Part shown: in pieces, positions 19,951-29,587 of the stretch
Layout of the letters: each line of letters starts with the position of its first letter
Numbering within the stretch: the first letter of the stretch is position 1
Origin: Negativicutes bacterium
GTDB taxonomy: Bacteria; Bacillota; JAAYKD01
Length of the DNA stretch: 64,000 nucleotides
Assembly: GCA_021372785.1 (NCBI GenBank)
Contig: JAJFTT010000009.1
Coordinates: forward strand, 12,413 to 76,412
Direction: 5' to 3'
Position numbers and translations under genes: made by a program
Notes under the pieces: generated by a model
Seen by the model: only the letters and a program-made list of their open reading frames with translations
Databases searched by the model: none
Told to the model about the DNA's origin: nothing

Positions 19951-21102
19951 ATGGAACTTTCTCACAAATATCCGCAGTTATTACAAACAAGGCAGTGGTT
20001 TTTAGATCATGTCGAAGAGATGCTGCAGGAGGATATTGGCATTTGCTCTGTTCCTTCCCCAAGCTGGGATGAAGCAGACCGCGCTGCCTATTTACAGGAA
20101 CGCTTCACCCGCCTTGGTTTGCAGAATGTTGCAATCGACAGCGCACTCAACGTGATTGGTTGGTATCCCGGCAGCGGTTCAGGTCCGGTTGTGATGCTGG
20201 CGGCGCATCATGATACCGTCTTTCCGCGCGGGACCGATCTTACAGTCACCAGAAAAGACGGCAGGCTGTATGCACCTGGCATCCGGGATAATTCATTTGG
20301 CGTCACCAGTATGATTTGGCTGATTGAAGCGCTGAAAGCCTTCGAGATACAGTTGCCCGGTGATCTGCTTTGTGTTGCCACCTCCGGTGAAGAGGGTCTT
20401 GGCGATCTGAAAGGCATGAAGGAAGCCATGAAAACCTATCATCAGCAAGTGGATTATGTGCTGGTGATTGACGGCGCTTTGGGTGGAGTGACCAATGGCG
20501 GTATCACCAGCCGCAGGCTGCAGGTGAAAATCAACACTGGCGGCGGTCATAGCTACGGTGATTTTGGCGTTCCCAGCGCGGTGCATACTTTGGGAAAAAT
20601 GATTGCGCAGATTGCGGAAATCAAAGTAGCGCAGAATCCGAAAACCACCTATAATGTTGGTGTGATTGAAGGCGGTACTTCGATCAATACGATTGCGGCA
20701 CAGGCCAGCATGCTGATCGATATGCGTTCAACGCAGCGCTCGGCTTTGGAAGCAGTGGAAGCCAAGGTGCGTGCGATCATCGCAGAGGTTCAAAAAACAG
20801 ACGGTGTTGAGGTAGAGGTGATCCTGAAAGGCGATCGTCCCGGTGGGGAGACTGCTGCTGACCATGCTTTGGTCGTCACCATCCGGCAGCAATTGGCGCA
20901 GCTTGGCTTGAGTACAGCTACCAGCGCCAGCAGCACAGATGCCAATGTCGCAATGTCTTATCATGTGCCGGCGGTTTGCTTTGGCTGCGCCTATGGCGGC
21001 AATGCGCATCGCACCGATGAATGGCTGCAGATCGAGGGAATTGATTTGGGCATGACACTCTTTCTCAACAGTGTCTGCGCAGTGATGCAGTTACAGCAAT
21101 AG
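19951..21102 (+). CDS. M20-family metallopeptidase (peptidase T / ArgE / DapE-like).
   Basis: AAHHDTVFP and SGEEGLGDLKG blocks typical of M20; C-terminal dimerisation region. Start at MELSHKYP, with a ribosome-binding site, rather than the ORF-track 19906. Confidence 0.7.
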   Translation: MELSHKYPQLLQTRQWFLDHVEEMLQEDIGICSVPSPSWDEADRAAYLQERFTRLGLQNVAIDSALNVIGWYPGSGSGPVVMLAAHHDTVFPRGTDLTVTRKDGRLYAPGIRDNSFGVTSMIWLIEALKAFEIQLPGDLLCVATSGEEGLGDLKGMKEAMKTYHQQVDYVLVIDGALGGVTNGGITSRRLQVKINTGGGHSYGDFGVPSAVHTLGKMIAQIAEIKVAQNPKTTYNVGVIEGGTSINTIAAQASMLIDMRSTQRSALEAVEAKVRAIIAEVQKTDGVEVEVILKGDRPGGETAADHALVVTIRQQLAQLGLSTATSASSTDANVAMSYHVPAVCFGCAYGGNAHRTDEWLQIEGIDLGMTLFLNSVCAVMQLQQ

Positions 21103-21107
21103 AACCG

Positions 21108-21141
21108 GGGCAGATCGAAGACAGTTCGATCTGCCTTTTTA
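21108..21141 (+). terminator. Intrinsic terminator after the M20 peptidase gene.
   Basis: gcagatcgaa-gacag-ttcgatctgc forms a 10-bp stem, followed by cttttt. Confidence 0.7.
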
Positions 21142-21454
21142 CTTAAGGTAAGAATCTCGGTTGAGAGCTTGCAATCACGAAAAAAAGAGAGCAAATCGGT
21201 CCTAATCGATCCCCACAGACTTAAACCAAAAAATATTCCTTGATTTTCAATCTTCTTCTTGCTTTTTCTGACCTGTTGCGTTACACTAAACAGCGGAGGT
21301 GGTTTGAATGGACGGCGACCCCGGAAGTAGTTGCCCTATACACAGGATACTTCTAAAACAAAATAAGTTCTGCATGAAAACCGCTGCCGATTTATCTGTT
21401 TTTTCGACCTGATCCGGCACTCTTTTTTTGCAGGCAAAAAAGGAGCTGAAAGAA

Positions 21455-22393
21455 ATGATCACTATTTTCAAAACCGATGAGAATGGTCAATTGATCACGT
21501 TACAGGAACAGGAAAAAGGCTGTTGGGTGCATCTTGTGAGCCCCACGGAAGAAGAAATTCGCCAAACTTGCGAGACTCTGGATGTTCTACCCGAATTTGT
21601 ACGAGCAGCGCTGGATGATGAAGAACGTGCCCGCATTGAAACCGATGAAGGACAGACATTAATTGTCGTGGATACACCGTTTCAGGAACCGGATGCGGAG
21701 GTCGGCGTCTTTACCACCATCCCGGTTGCCATGATTATTTTACCGAAAGCGCTGCTGACGGTTTGCTTGTATCAAGGTACGATTCTGGATGATTTTATGA
21801 GCGGCAAAGTACGCAATATCCAGACCGCCTACAAAACACGGACGATTTTGCAGATGCTGTATCGCAATGATTCACGTTTCATGCATTATCTGCGTTTGAT
21901 TTCCAAACAAAGCCATGAAATTGAAGACGCCTTGCATGCCTCGACCGAGAATAAAGAATTATATCGCATGATGGCGCTGCAGAAGAGTCTGGTTTATTTT
22001 TCCACAGCTCTGCAATCCAACGAAATGGTTCTGGAAAAAATGACCCGGCATGAACAAGTCAAGAATTATCCCGAAGATGCAGAGATTCTGGAGGATGTCA
22101 TTATAGAAAATCGCCAGGCGATCGAAATGACCGATATATACAGCAATATTATCACCGGCACCATGGACGCCTTCGCATCGATTATTTCCAATAATATGAA
22201 TATCGTCATGCGTTTTTTGGCTGCAATCACGATTGTACTCTCAGTACCGACGATTGTTGGCAGCTTCTATGGTATGAATGTGGAGTATTTACCTTTTGCC
22301 GCTTCACCGTATTCTTTCTGGCTGATTGTTTTGGCTGCTACTTTTTTGAGCGGAGCCTGTGCTATCTGGCTTTACAAACGAAAAATGTTCTGA
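21455..22393 (+). CDS. corA: Magnesium/cobalt transporter CorA.
   Basis: YGMNVEYLP contains the CorA GMN signature ahead of two C-terminal transmembrane helices. ATG at 21455 with an AGGAG 9 nt upstream. Confidence 0.8.
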   Translation: MITIFKTDENGQLITLQEQEKGCWVHLVSPTEEEIRQTCETLDVLPEFVRAALDDEERARIETDEGQTLIVVDTPFQEPDAEVGVFTTIPVAMIILPKALLTVCLYQGTILDDFMSGKVRNIQTAYKTRTILQMLYRNDSRFMHYLRLISKQSHEIEDALHASTENKELYRMMALQKSLVYFSTALQSNEMVLEKMTRHEQVKNYPEDAEILEDVIIENRQAIEMTDIYSNIITGTMDAFASIISNNMNIVMRFLAAITIVLSVPTIVGSFYGMNVEYLPFAASPYSFWLIVLAATFLSGACAIWLYKRKMF

Positions 22394-22450
22394 AAAACCA
22401 ACCAGCCTGCCGACGATTGCTGAGCGAATCGTCGGCAGGCTGGTTGATTT
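22394..22450. terminator. Bidirectional terminator between convergent corA and the Na/Pi cotransporter gene.
   Basis: aaccagcctgccgacgatt-gctgagcg-aatcgtcggcaggctggtt forms a 19-bp perfect stem. A-run on the 5' side, gatttc on the 3' side. Confidence 0.7.
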
Positions 22451-22463
22451 CGGGCAATTCAAT

Positions 22464-24146
22464 CTAAACTTCCAGCGAACCGATAGGGTAGCCGGCCGCG
22501 GGTGTTCTGTTGGGTAGGGCATTGTAGCGCAGCACATCACCGGGGCCGCGCAGTACGATATTCATCAGGTGTTCGGAGATCCGCTCAATATGGGAGAGAA
22601 TATCCATGTAGAGGATACCGGCGCTGACTGTACAGTTGCCGGCTTCCAGACGTTCGATATGTCCTTGCTGGCTTTGCTGTATCATTTCAACAATTTCCCA
22701 TTGGATTGTCTGCGTTCTGCGGATGGTACTGGGAACGGGTCTGGCAAGATCGCTCAGGGTTTCTCTGGCGATCAACGAGAGATCGTCCAACTTGGCGATG
22801 ATGGCAATCAACTCTTGCTGCGCGACAGCAGAGAAAACGATCTTGCGTTCGACCTTTTTTTCCGCATGCTCAACCATTTCTTTGGCATGGTCGCCGATCC
22901 GTTCGGCATCACCGGCAATATGCAGAATCGAAGGAATCTGTGCCGCCTGGTCTTCGGTGAGTTCGTGCTGACCGAAATCCACCACATAGCGGGTGAGTTC
23001 ATCCTGCAGCTCATTCAGGACGGCCTCATCATCCAGAACTTCACTCAAGGGTTTTCTGTCATTGTTGATCAGAGAAAGATAAACCTTGCGGTACATGCCG
23101 ACTGCCAAATCGAGGCAGTCGACCAATTCGCGATACATAGCCTGCAGAGCCAAACCGGGACTTTCCAGTAGATTTTTATCCAGATAACGCGGTCCGACGA
23201 TACGCTGCGCGTCTTGCTCACGGTCCGGAATTATTTTATACAGCAGTTTGGCAAAAAGATTTGTAAAAGGGATGAAAATAAGCGTGCTGCCAATGTTAAA
23301 GATACTGTTCATGTTGGCGATTTGACCGATGATGTTAGTGGCGGTGGAAGCCATCCAGGTCAGCATGGGATTGTAGATGATCAGCATGGCGCCAACCCCG
23401 ATCACATTAAAAATCGTGTGACCCAGCGCGGTGCGCTGCGCTGCCCGATTGGAACGCAGCGAAGCAATTACCGATGTGACGCAAGTTCCAACATTGCTGC
23501 CTAAAATCAGCGCGGTTGCTGCGGAAAAATCCAACAAACCGGAGGAAGCAAGGCCGATGACCAGACCGGTTACCGCAGCGGAGGATTCAATGATTGCCGT
23601 GACAACCAATCCAATCAGCACACCCCAAAGCGGATTGGCGGTATAACGGACCAGCATTTCTTTCAGAGCCGGATTGGTGGAGACGTAACTTGAGCCGGAA
23701 GTCAGTGTGGAAAGGCCCAAAAATAGCAAACCGAAACCGATAATGGCACCGGCAAGGTTCTTCAGTTTCTGGCTTTTGGCCATGGATTGAAAAATGACCC
23801 CGACAAAAATGATCGGTAAAGCATATTTCGTGATATTCAAACGCAAGAGCTGACCGGACATCGTAGTACCGATATTTGCTCCGTATATGATACCCAGAGC
23901 TTGTTTTAATGTCATTAGACCAGAGTTGACAAAGCCAACAGTCAGAACGGTGACGGCAGTGGAACTCTGGGTGACAGCGGTAAGCGCAGTACCTACCAAA
24001 ACACCGACAAAAAGATTGTTGGTCAACATACTCAGGATTTTCCGCATGGAATCTCCTGCAGCCCGTTCCAGACCGTCCCCCAGCATGTCGAGTCCGATCA
24101 TGAGCAGACTGGCTCCCCCCAGAATACCGAAAATAAACTTCTCCAT
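22464..24146 (-). CDS. Na+/phosphate cotransporter family protein (NptA / YjbB-like) with a PhoU-like C-terminal domain.
   Basis: Duplicated N-terminal membrane repeats (TAVTQSSTAVTVLTVGFV.. / ..AIIESSAAVTGLVIGL..). C-terminal soluble helical PhoU-like region. 560 aa. Confidence 0.7.
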   Translation of the reverse strand: MEKFIFGILGGASLLMIGLDMLGDGLERAAGDSMRKILSMLTNNLFVGVLVGTALTAVTQSSTAVTVLTVGFVNSGLMTLKQALGIIYGANIGTTMSGQLLRLNITKYALPIIFVGVIFQSMAKSQKLKNLAGAIIGFGLLFLGLSTLTSGSSYVSTNPALKEMLVRYTANPLWGVLIGLVVTAIIESSAAVTGLVIGLASSGLLDFSAATALILGSNVGTCVTSVIASLRSNRAAQRTALGHTIFNVIGVGAMLIIYNPMLTWMASTATNIIGQIANMNSIFNIGSTLIFIPFTNLFAKLLYKIIPDREQDAQRIVGPRYLDKNLLESPGLALQAMYRELVDCLDLAVGMYRKVYLSLINNDRKPLSEVLDDEAVLNELQDELTRYVVDFGQHELTEDQAAQIPSILHIAGDAERIGDHAKEMVEHAEKKVERKIVFSAVAQQELIAIIAKLDDLSLIARETLSDLARPVPSTIRRTQTIQWEIVEMIQQSQQGHIERLEAGNCTVSAGILYMDILSHIERISEHLMNIVLRGPGDVLRYNALPNRTPAAGYPIGSLEV

Positions 24147-24530
24147 AAAAGCCCTCCCGAAAGCGGCTAACAGCTAAGCTTTTCTCACTCTTAGCGCTCG
24201 TTATCGGATTTTACATATTCTTAAACTTATCGTAATAAAATTCTTGTCTTCCGCTTAAAAGTCCTTTTGCGACGATGGCCGGATCATAAAAGATTCTATT
24301 TCATTTTGGAAGCTGGCCAAGATCGGAAAAGAAAGTTTTACTGTTCTTGAACTGAAAATTGAACAAAAGCGGTTTCGCTGCTTTTGCTCTCTTTCGAGGG
24401 AGAAAAAGCAGCCGCGAGCGCATCGGAAAGCAGAGAGGTTAAGAATCCGGCGGCGGTCATTCAAGAAAAGCCGCAGTCATCACGGTTGTGATGGCAGCAA
24501 AGTCATCCTGCGCGATGCCGCGGCTATTTT

Positions 24531-25730
24531 TTATCTGGTGTGGACAACCTTACCGTTTTGAATTACGGTCTTGATATGAGATTTTTCTACCAGGACTTGA
24601 ATATCCTGCAGGGGATTGCCTTCAACGATCAGTAAATCAGCCAATTTACCCATTTCAACGCTGCCGATCAGATTGGCGCGGTCAACCACTTCGGAGGCCA
24701 CTTTGGTTGCCGCCAACAGTGCTTCTTCATTGCTCATTCCGTTTTCGATCATTAACTGCAGCTCGAACGCATTACAGCCATGGAAATTCAGCGGTGTGCC
24801 TGAGTCGGTGCCGAGGGCGATTTTTAAACCGGCTTGCACCGCCATACGGAAGCTCTTCATATGGGAAGGAGCGATGCGCATGGATTTTTCCACGGCATAG
24901 GCCGGAATTCCAGCGGCTACGCCGCCATCATTAATGTGCCAGGGAGCTACCAGGGTGGGAACCAAAGCGGTAGCGCGGGTTTTCATCATTTCCAGTAATT
25001 CTTCATCCAGAAAAATGCCATGCTCAATACTGTCGATACCGGCGCGCACGGCATTCTTAATTCCTTCGGTTCCCTGCGCATGGGTAGCGGTTTTGCGGCC
25101 GGCTTTGTGTGCTTCTTCCACGGCGGCCCGAATTTCCGGTTCAGTCAATTGAGGAGACCCGGGTTCCACGCCGGGAGTCATCACGCCGCCGGTCGCCATG
25201 ATTTTCACAACCTCTACGCCTTGACGCAGCAGCTGCCGCGCATGCTTACGGCATTCGTCTTCCCCATCGGATTCCAGCCCGGAGGTCCAGCCATGACCGC
25301 CGGTCATGGTGATGGCAGGTCCGCAAGTAATGATCCGGCTGCCGGTGATGCGGTCTTCCGACCAGGCTTTCTTTAAATCCAAATCCAGATAATGCTCGGT
25401 ACCCATATTGCGGACAGTTGTAAATCCGGCTTCCAAATCCTGACGGATCATCTGTGTGCCAATCAGTACCTTATAGCCGTCACTGGCATCTCTCATCGCA
25501 ACCGCTTCGTTGGGTTCGCCACTGCTGCAAACGTGAACGTGACAGTCAATCATGCCGGGCATAACAAACTTACTGGCTGCGTCGATGACGGTATCGCCTT
25601 CTGCCGGGATCACTTCGTCACTGGGAGCAATCCGGGTAAATTTACCATTTTCCATCACAATCCCCATATTCTCCTGCAACGCTGCCCCAGTCCCATTCCA
25701 TAAGTTCGCACTCTTAATTACCAAAGCCAT
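24531..25730 (-). CDS. Metal-dependent amidohydrolase (amidohydrolase-1 superfamily).
   Basis: PGMIDCHVHV (HxH metal site) near the N-terminus, TIM-barrel hydrolase layout, conserved His/Asp later (ATHAQG, GTDSGT). 399 aa. Confidence 0.6.
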   Translation of the reverse strand: MALVIKSANLWNGTGAALQENMGIVMENGKFTRIAPSDEVIPAEGDTVIDAASKFVMPGMIDCHVHVCSSGEPNEAVAMRDASDGYKVLIGTQMIRQDLEAGFTTVRNMGTEHYLDLDLKKAWSEDRITGSRIITCGPAITMTGGHGWTSGLESDGEDECRKHARQLLRQGVEVVKIMATGGVMTPGVEPGSPQLTEPEIRAAVEEAHKAGRKTATHAQGTEGIKNAVRAGIDSIEHGIFLDEELLEMMKTRATALVPTLVAPWHINDGGVAAGIPAYAVEKSMRIAPSHMKSFRMAVQAGLKIALGTDSGTPLNFHGCNAFELQLMIENGMSNEEALLAATKVASEVVDRANLIGSVEMGKLADLLIVEGNPLQDIQVLVEKSHIKTVIQNGKVVHTR

Positions 25731-25947
25731 GTTTTTTCCCTCCTTATAATTGAAACAGCAAAGCTGTTAGTGATACCTTTACTTTCAATTTTACGCGGTT
25801 CTTTCCTGCCTGATTTCAGAATAAATATCAGGTGATATTTTGGCTTGTTCAGCAGCCAGCTTAAAAAAGAGAATTACTCCGCGAAAAAGAGAGATGACAA
25901 GCGCAGGCGATCATGCTATAATACGTTGCATCGGGTCTTTGTTTTCT

Positions 25948-26493
25948 ATGGAAAGAAGGTTGTGTTGTTTGACACTGAAAGATGTAAAAGAATTTTTGGT
26001 GGAACTGGCGGTTTCTGCCGCAATTGTGGCGTTTATTTATTTTTTTGTGGCAGTATTCCCGTTGGTTCCTACCAGTTCGATGAGTCCAACCATTGCGACC
26101 GGCGAGCGGATCGTCGTCGAGAAATTCAGCAAATATTACCGTGATTTTGAATACGGTGATATTTTAGTTTTTCCCTGTCCGGATCAACCGCCGAGTGTCG
26201 CTCCCTATGTCAAACGGTTGATCGGCAAAGGCGGCGATGTGCTGGAATTTTCCAGCGGGTTGGTTTATCGCAACGGGGAATTGCTGAATGAAAGTTATGC
26301 GGTGGGTACTACCGTGAGTTACACCCAAAAATACGAAATACCGCCCGGTTACCTCTTCTTCATGGGGGACAACCGGGAACACTCCGAGGATGCCCGTTTC
26401 TGGCATACGACTTCGTTTGTCAGGGAAGCGGATGTGATTGGCAGAGCGGTTGCCGTGCTCTGGCCGCTTGGTCATATTCGTTCTCTGCGGTAG
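25948..26493 (+). CDS. lepB: Signal peptidase I.
   Basis: SMSPTI (catalytic Ser box), YVKRLIG (Lys box) and GDNREHSED blocks. One N-terminal transmembrane helix. Start ambiguous: ATG at 25948, or TTG at 25969 with an AGAAGG ribosome-binding site. Confidence 0.75.
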   Translation: MERRLCCLTLKDVKEFLVELAVSAAIVAFIYFFVAVFPLVPTSSMSPTIATGERIVVEKFSKYYRDFEYGDILVFPCPDQPPSVAPYVKRLIGKGGDVLEFSSGLVYRNGELLNESYAVGTTVSYTQKYEIPPGYLFFMGDNREHSEDARFWHTTSFVREADVIGRAVAVLWPLGHIRSLR

Positions 26494-26507
26494 GGGAGCG
26501 GCGTCAC

Positions 26508-26858
26508 ATGAGCAGACAGAAAATTATAGTCTATAATTTGGAACGCAATTATCCCACTGTGGAAGAAGCGAAAATCCTGCTGGGCAGTGAAATCCTCACC
26601 TGCCGGGCTTTGGGCGGCAAGATCCTGAAAGTAATTCATGGCTATGGCTCAACCGGAGTAGGCGGCGCGTTGCGCAGCGGCAGCAGAACGTTTTTGAATC
26701 AGCAATTAAAACTGCAGAAAATTAAAGCGGTTGTATATGGAGAGAATTTCACGGTTTTTGATGAAGCTACCCGCATCATGCTGAACGCTTGCCCCGATTT
26801 ACGCAAAGATCGGGACTTAAACCGGGGAAATCAAGGTGTGACACTCATCCTACTATAA
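26508..26858 (+). CDS. Standalone Smr-domain protein with a degenerate nuclease motif.
   Basis: KVIHGYGSTGVGGALR and GNQGVTLILL match Smr blocks (hIHGkGtG..Lr ... GG.G.t.v.L). The usual LDLHG motif is replaced by YNLER. Confidence 0.45.
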   Translation: MSRQKIIVYNLERNYPTVEEAKILLGSEILTCRALGGKILKVIHGYGSTGVGGALRSGSRTFLNQQLKLQKIKAVVYGENFTVFDEATRIMLNACPDLRKDRDLNRGNQGVTLILL

Positions 26859-26889
26859 GATTATGCCGGCAAGGCAGCCATATAAATCA

Positions 26890-26933
26890 GCAAGGCGAAG
26901 GGAAACAGCGCATTCCCTTTTGCCTTGCTTTTT
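26890..26933 (+). terminator. Strong intrinsic terminator after the Smr gene.
   Basis: gcaaggcgaaggg-aaacagcgcatt-cccttttgccttgc forms a 13-bp stem with one mismatch, followed by ttttt. Confidence 0.75.
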
Positions 26934-27020
26934 ATCGGCCGGGGAAAATCGGCAGGGATAGTGCGGGTCATCCGCGAATTGAATAGGAGCAGATTGATTG
27001 ATGGCAAAGGAGGTTCTGCG

Positions 27021-28109
27021 ATGCTGCAGCATATTTCACCCAAACAAACCTCGTTGCTTTTAGCACAACTAACGGACGCTTATCCGATCGTTTCGATCAT
27101 CGGTTTGTCGAAAAATGCCGGCAAAACGACAGTGTTGAACAGTCTGCTGCAAGGATTAAGCAGCAGTGCTGCGCATCCGTGCATCGGGTTGACTTCCATT
27201 GGCCTTGACGGTGAGAGCCATGATCTGCTCAGTCAGACGCTGAAACCCGAAATTTACGTCTTAAAGGGAAGCTTGTTTGCCACGGCGGCAGATCTCTTGC
27301 CGCTTTGTGATATCACCAAACAGATCGAACAAGTGACGGAGATAGCCACCCCGTTAGGTAGAATCGTCCTGGTGCGCGCCCGCAGTGATGGGTATATCCA
27401 ATTAGCGGGACCATCCATTCGGAAACAATTATGGCAAATTCAACAGGAACTGAAGCAATTAGGAGCGGAAAGAATTTTGGTTGACGGGGCGATGGGACGC
27501 CGTGTTTTCACTGAGGAAGCAAGTGGGGATGGTGTGATTCTTTGCAGCGGTGCCGCCTTTCATCAAAGCATGGCGGAAACCATTGGAGAAACGCTGCGCA
27601 TCACTCAGTTATTCTCTTTACCATTGACTGAATTGCCCTCTGCTGCCCTGGAAGGATCACAGTATCTGATTTGTCAGAAAGACGGCAGCCGACAGTATAT
27701 TTCTGCTTCCCTGGCCCGCAGTTCTGAATTTTCCTTACCGGTTTATTTGCAGCGGGACAGTACCGCTTTTTATACCGCCGGTGCCGTAACCGATTTGCTT
27801 TTACGGCAATTACTGCACAGCGGGATTCGACTGCAGGATTTTACTTTAATCGTCAATAATGGCAGCTGTATTCTGGCGCAGGATTGTCTTCTCCGGCAAT
27901 TTTTAGCGGCAGGCGCCGGGATTCGGGTCAGGCAGCAGATTCCCATCCTGGCCATTACGGCAAACGCCTATGCGTTTGATTATCCGGTATACAGAGCGGA
28001 ACAATTTATACAAGAGCTGGCCGAAGCCATCCATTTACCGATCATTGATGTGAAGGAGGGAATTGTATGCAATTTAGCCAAGTCACATCCTGCTATCCGC
28101 AGGATTTAA
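27021..28109 (+). CDS. P-loop NTPase resembling the N-terminal regulatory half of phosphotransacetylase (CobQ/BioD/MinD-like fold plus DRTGG-like region). Function unknown.
   Basis: Walker A GLSKNAGKTTV. ERILVDGAMGR resembles the vLVEGAGG block of BioD/CobQ/Pta-N. About 362 aa from MLQHISPK with a strong AAAGGAGG ribosome-binding site. The ORF-track start at 26925 is rejected. Confidence 0.45.
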   Translation: MLQHISPKQTSLLLAQLTDAYPIVSIIGLSKNAGKTTVLNSLLQGLSSSAAHPCIGLTSIGLDGESHDLLSQTLKPEIYVLKGSLFATAADLLPLCDITKQIEQVTEIATPLGRIVLVRARSDGYIQLAGPSIRKQLWQIQQELKQLGAERILVDGAMGRRVFTEEASGDGVILCSGAAFHQSMAETIGETLRITQLFSLPLTELPSAALEGSQYLICQKDGSRQYISASLARSSEFSLPVYLQRDSTAFYTAGAVTDLLLRQLLHSGIRLQDFTLIVNNGSCILAQDCLLRQFLAAGAGIRVRQQIPILAITANAYAFDYPVYRAEQFIQELAEAIHLPIIDVKEGIVCNLAKSHPAIRRI

Positions 28110-29518
28110 GCTTCGTGTTGGATCAGTTGCAGGTGTGTTCTCCGTATGGTCGGCGTGCTTTGCAAAATATGGCTTTTTATCTGCCGGGAGAGGAAAAAGA
28201 GCAGCAGCTGGCTTTGGATAATGTGGAAATTCTTATGCAGGCGCAGGAAAATTATCCTATTTTCTTCGTCAAATTGCGGGATTTCTATCACTCTGTCCAG
28301 GAAATCGAAGGCATTCTCACTGCTTTGAGCAGAAATGAGGTTTTGGATGAAATAGCGCTTTTTCAGTTGAAAGTTTTCTTGCTGCAGTATCAGGATTTAC
28401 AGTCGCAGGGGGCCGCTCTCTTGAACCGATTGGGTTTGCACCAAATTCAGCTGCCGTCGCTGGCGGCGGCGCTGCTTTGGCTGGATCCGCAGCAATATGG
28501 CTTAAGGGCTTTTTACCTGGATGAACAGTCCTATCCGGCTTTGGCTTGCGTACGGCAGCAGAAACTGCTCTGTGAGCAGCGGCTGCGTCTCGCTTCAGCG
28601 GCAGAACAGGCAGGTCTGCTAGCCGAACGGAGCAAATGGGTGGCAGCCGAAGCAGCGGAAGAAATGCTGGCGAAACGGGCGATCACAGAACATTTAACGC
28701 CTTACACAACGGAGCTGCAGCAAGCAATCCGTTCGTTAGGCCGCCTGGAATTGGATCTTGCCAAAGCAAGCTTAGCAATCGGAGAGCATCTCACAAGACC
28801 GGCATTGGCACCGGAACCGTTTGTCATTCTCCAGGAGATGATCCACCCCGGAGTTGCGGCAATTCTGCAGAACTGGCAGCGCCGTTTCACCCCGGTCAGT
28901 ATTCGTTTGCAGCCGGGCGCCACCGTGATCACAGGAGCCAATATGGGAGGAAAAAGCGTTCTCCTACGCAGCTTGATGCTGAATCTCACGCTCTGGCAGA
29001 TGGGATTTTTCATTTATGCAAAAGCGGCAGTCTTGCCATTGTTCAGCCATTTGGCTTATCTGGGAGAAGATCAGCAATCGGTCGAACTGGGATTAAGCAG
29101 TTTCGGCGCGGAAATCAGCAGATTGAATCACTTCATACAAGATCATCAAGGCCAGTTTACTTTTCTGGCTCTGGATGAATTTGTCAGAGGCACCAACCCC
29201 AAAGAAGGTGCGCTGCTGCTGCAGGCAATCACGGCATATTTTAACCGACAATCCGGCATGACCGTGCTGACAACGCATTATGACGGCGTGGCAAGCTTTG
29301 CCAATGCCCATTATCAAGTGACGGGACTGCAGAAGCTGGATGCCGCGCAGTTTAGCCAAGCCATACAGTCTGGAGAAGACCCGGTGTTTTATTTGAACCG
29401 CAGCATGGATTATACGCTGTTGCCGGTTGATCGTGAAGAGGCAATACCGCAGGAAGCGCGCCGGATCTGTCGGTTGCTGGGATTGGAAGCCGGGATTTTA
29501 GATCAATTGGAAAAATAA
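28067..29518 (+). CDS. MutS domain-V ATPase protein (MutS2-like core). It lacks the mismatch-binding domain, the KOW domain and the C-terminal Smr domain.
   Basis: GANMGGKSVLLRS (Walker A), FLALDEFVRGTNP (Walker B/D-loop), TTHY (His switch). An N-terminal ~270 aa helical region resembles a lever/clamp. Start overlaps the upstream gene by 43 nt, with a strong GAAGGAGG ribosome-binding site. Confidence 0.65.
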   Translation: MQFSQVTSCYPQDLSFVLDQLQVCSPYGRRALQNMAFYLPGEEKEQQLALDNVEILMQAQENYPIFFVKLRDFYHSVQEIEGILTALSRNEVLDEIALFQLKVFLLQYQDLQSQGAALLNRLGLHQIQLPSLAAALLWLDPQQYGLRAFYLDEQSYPALACVRQQKLLCEQRLRLASAAEQAGLLAERSKWVAAEAAEEMLAKRAITEHLTPYTTELQQAIRSLGRLELDLAKASLAIGEHLTRPALAPEPFVILQEMIHPGVAAILQNWQRRFTPVSIRLQPGATVITGANMGGKSVLLRSLMLNLTLWQMGFFIYAKAAVLPLFSHLAYLGEDQQSVELGLSSFGAEISRLNHFIQDHQGQFTFLALDEFVRGTNPKEGALLLQAITAYFNRQSGMTVLTTHYDGVASFANAHYQVTGLQKLDAAQFSQAIQSGEDPVFYLNRSMDYTLLPVDREEAIPQEARRICRLLGLEAGILDQLEK

Positions 29519-29546
29519 ATTATTTGTGAGAATTCCGTTCTGCTAC

Positions 29547-29575
29547 TTGACTATTTTGTAAAAAATTGTTATATT
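29547..29575 (+). promoter_or_regulatory. Sigma70-type promoter for the lysine-fermentation operon.
   Basis: TTGACT, then a 17-nt spacer, then TATATT. A transcription start about 7 nt downstream would place the riboswitch at the 5' end of the transcript. Confidence 0.55.
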
Positions 29576-29587
29576 GTAAAATAAGTG

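Noticed and set aside
21268-21454. M-box (ykoK) Mg2+ riboswitch upstream of corA
   Set aside because: The conserved M-box core sequences are not recognisable by eye. Only a weak terminator-like element is present. It is reported as a low-interest leader instead.
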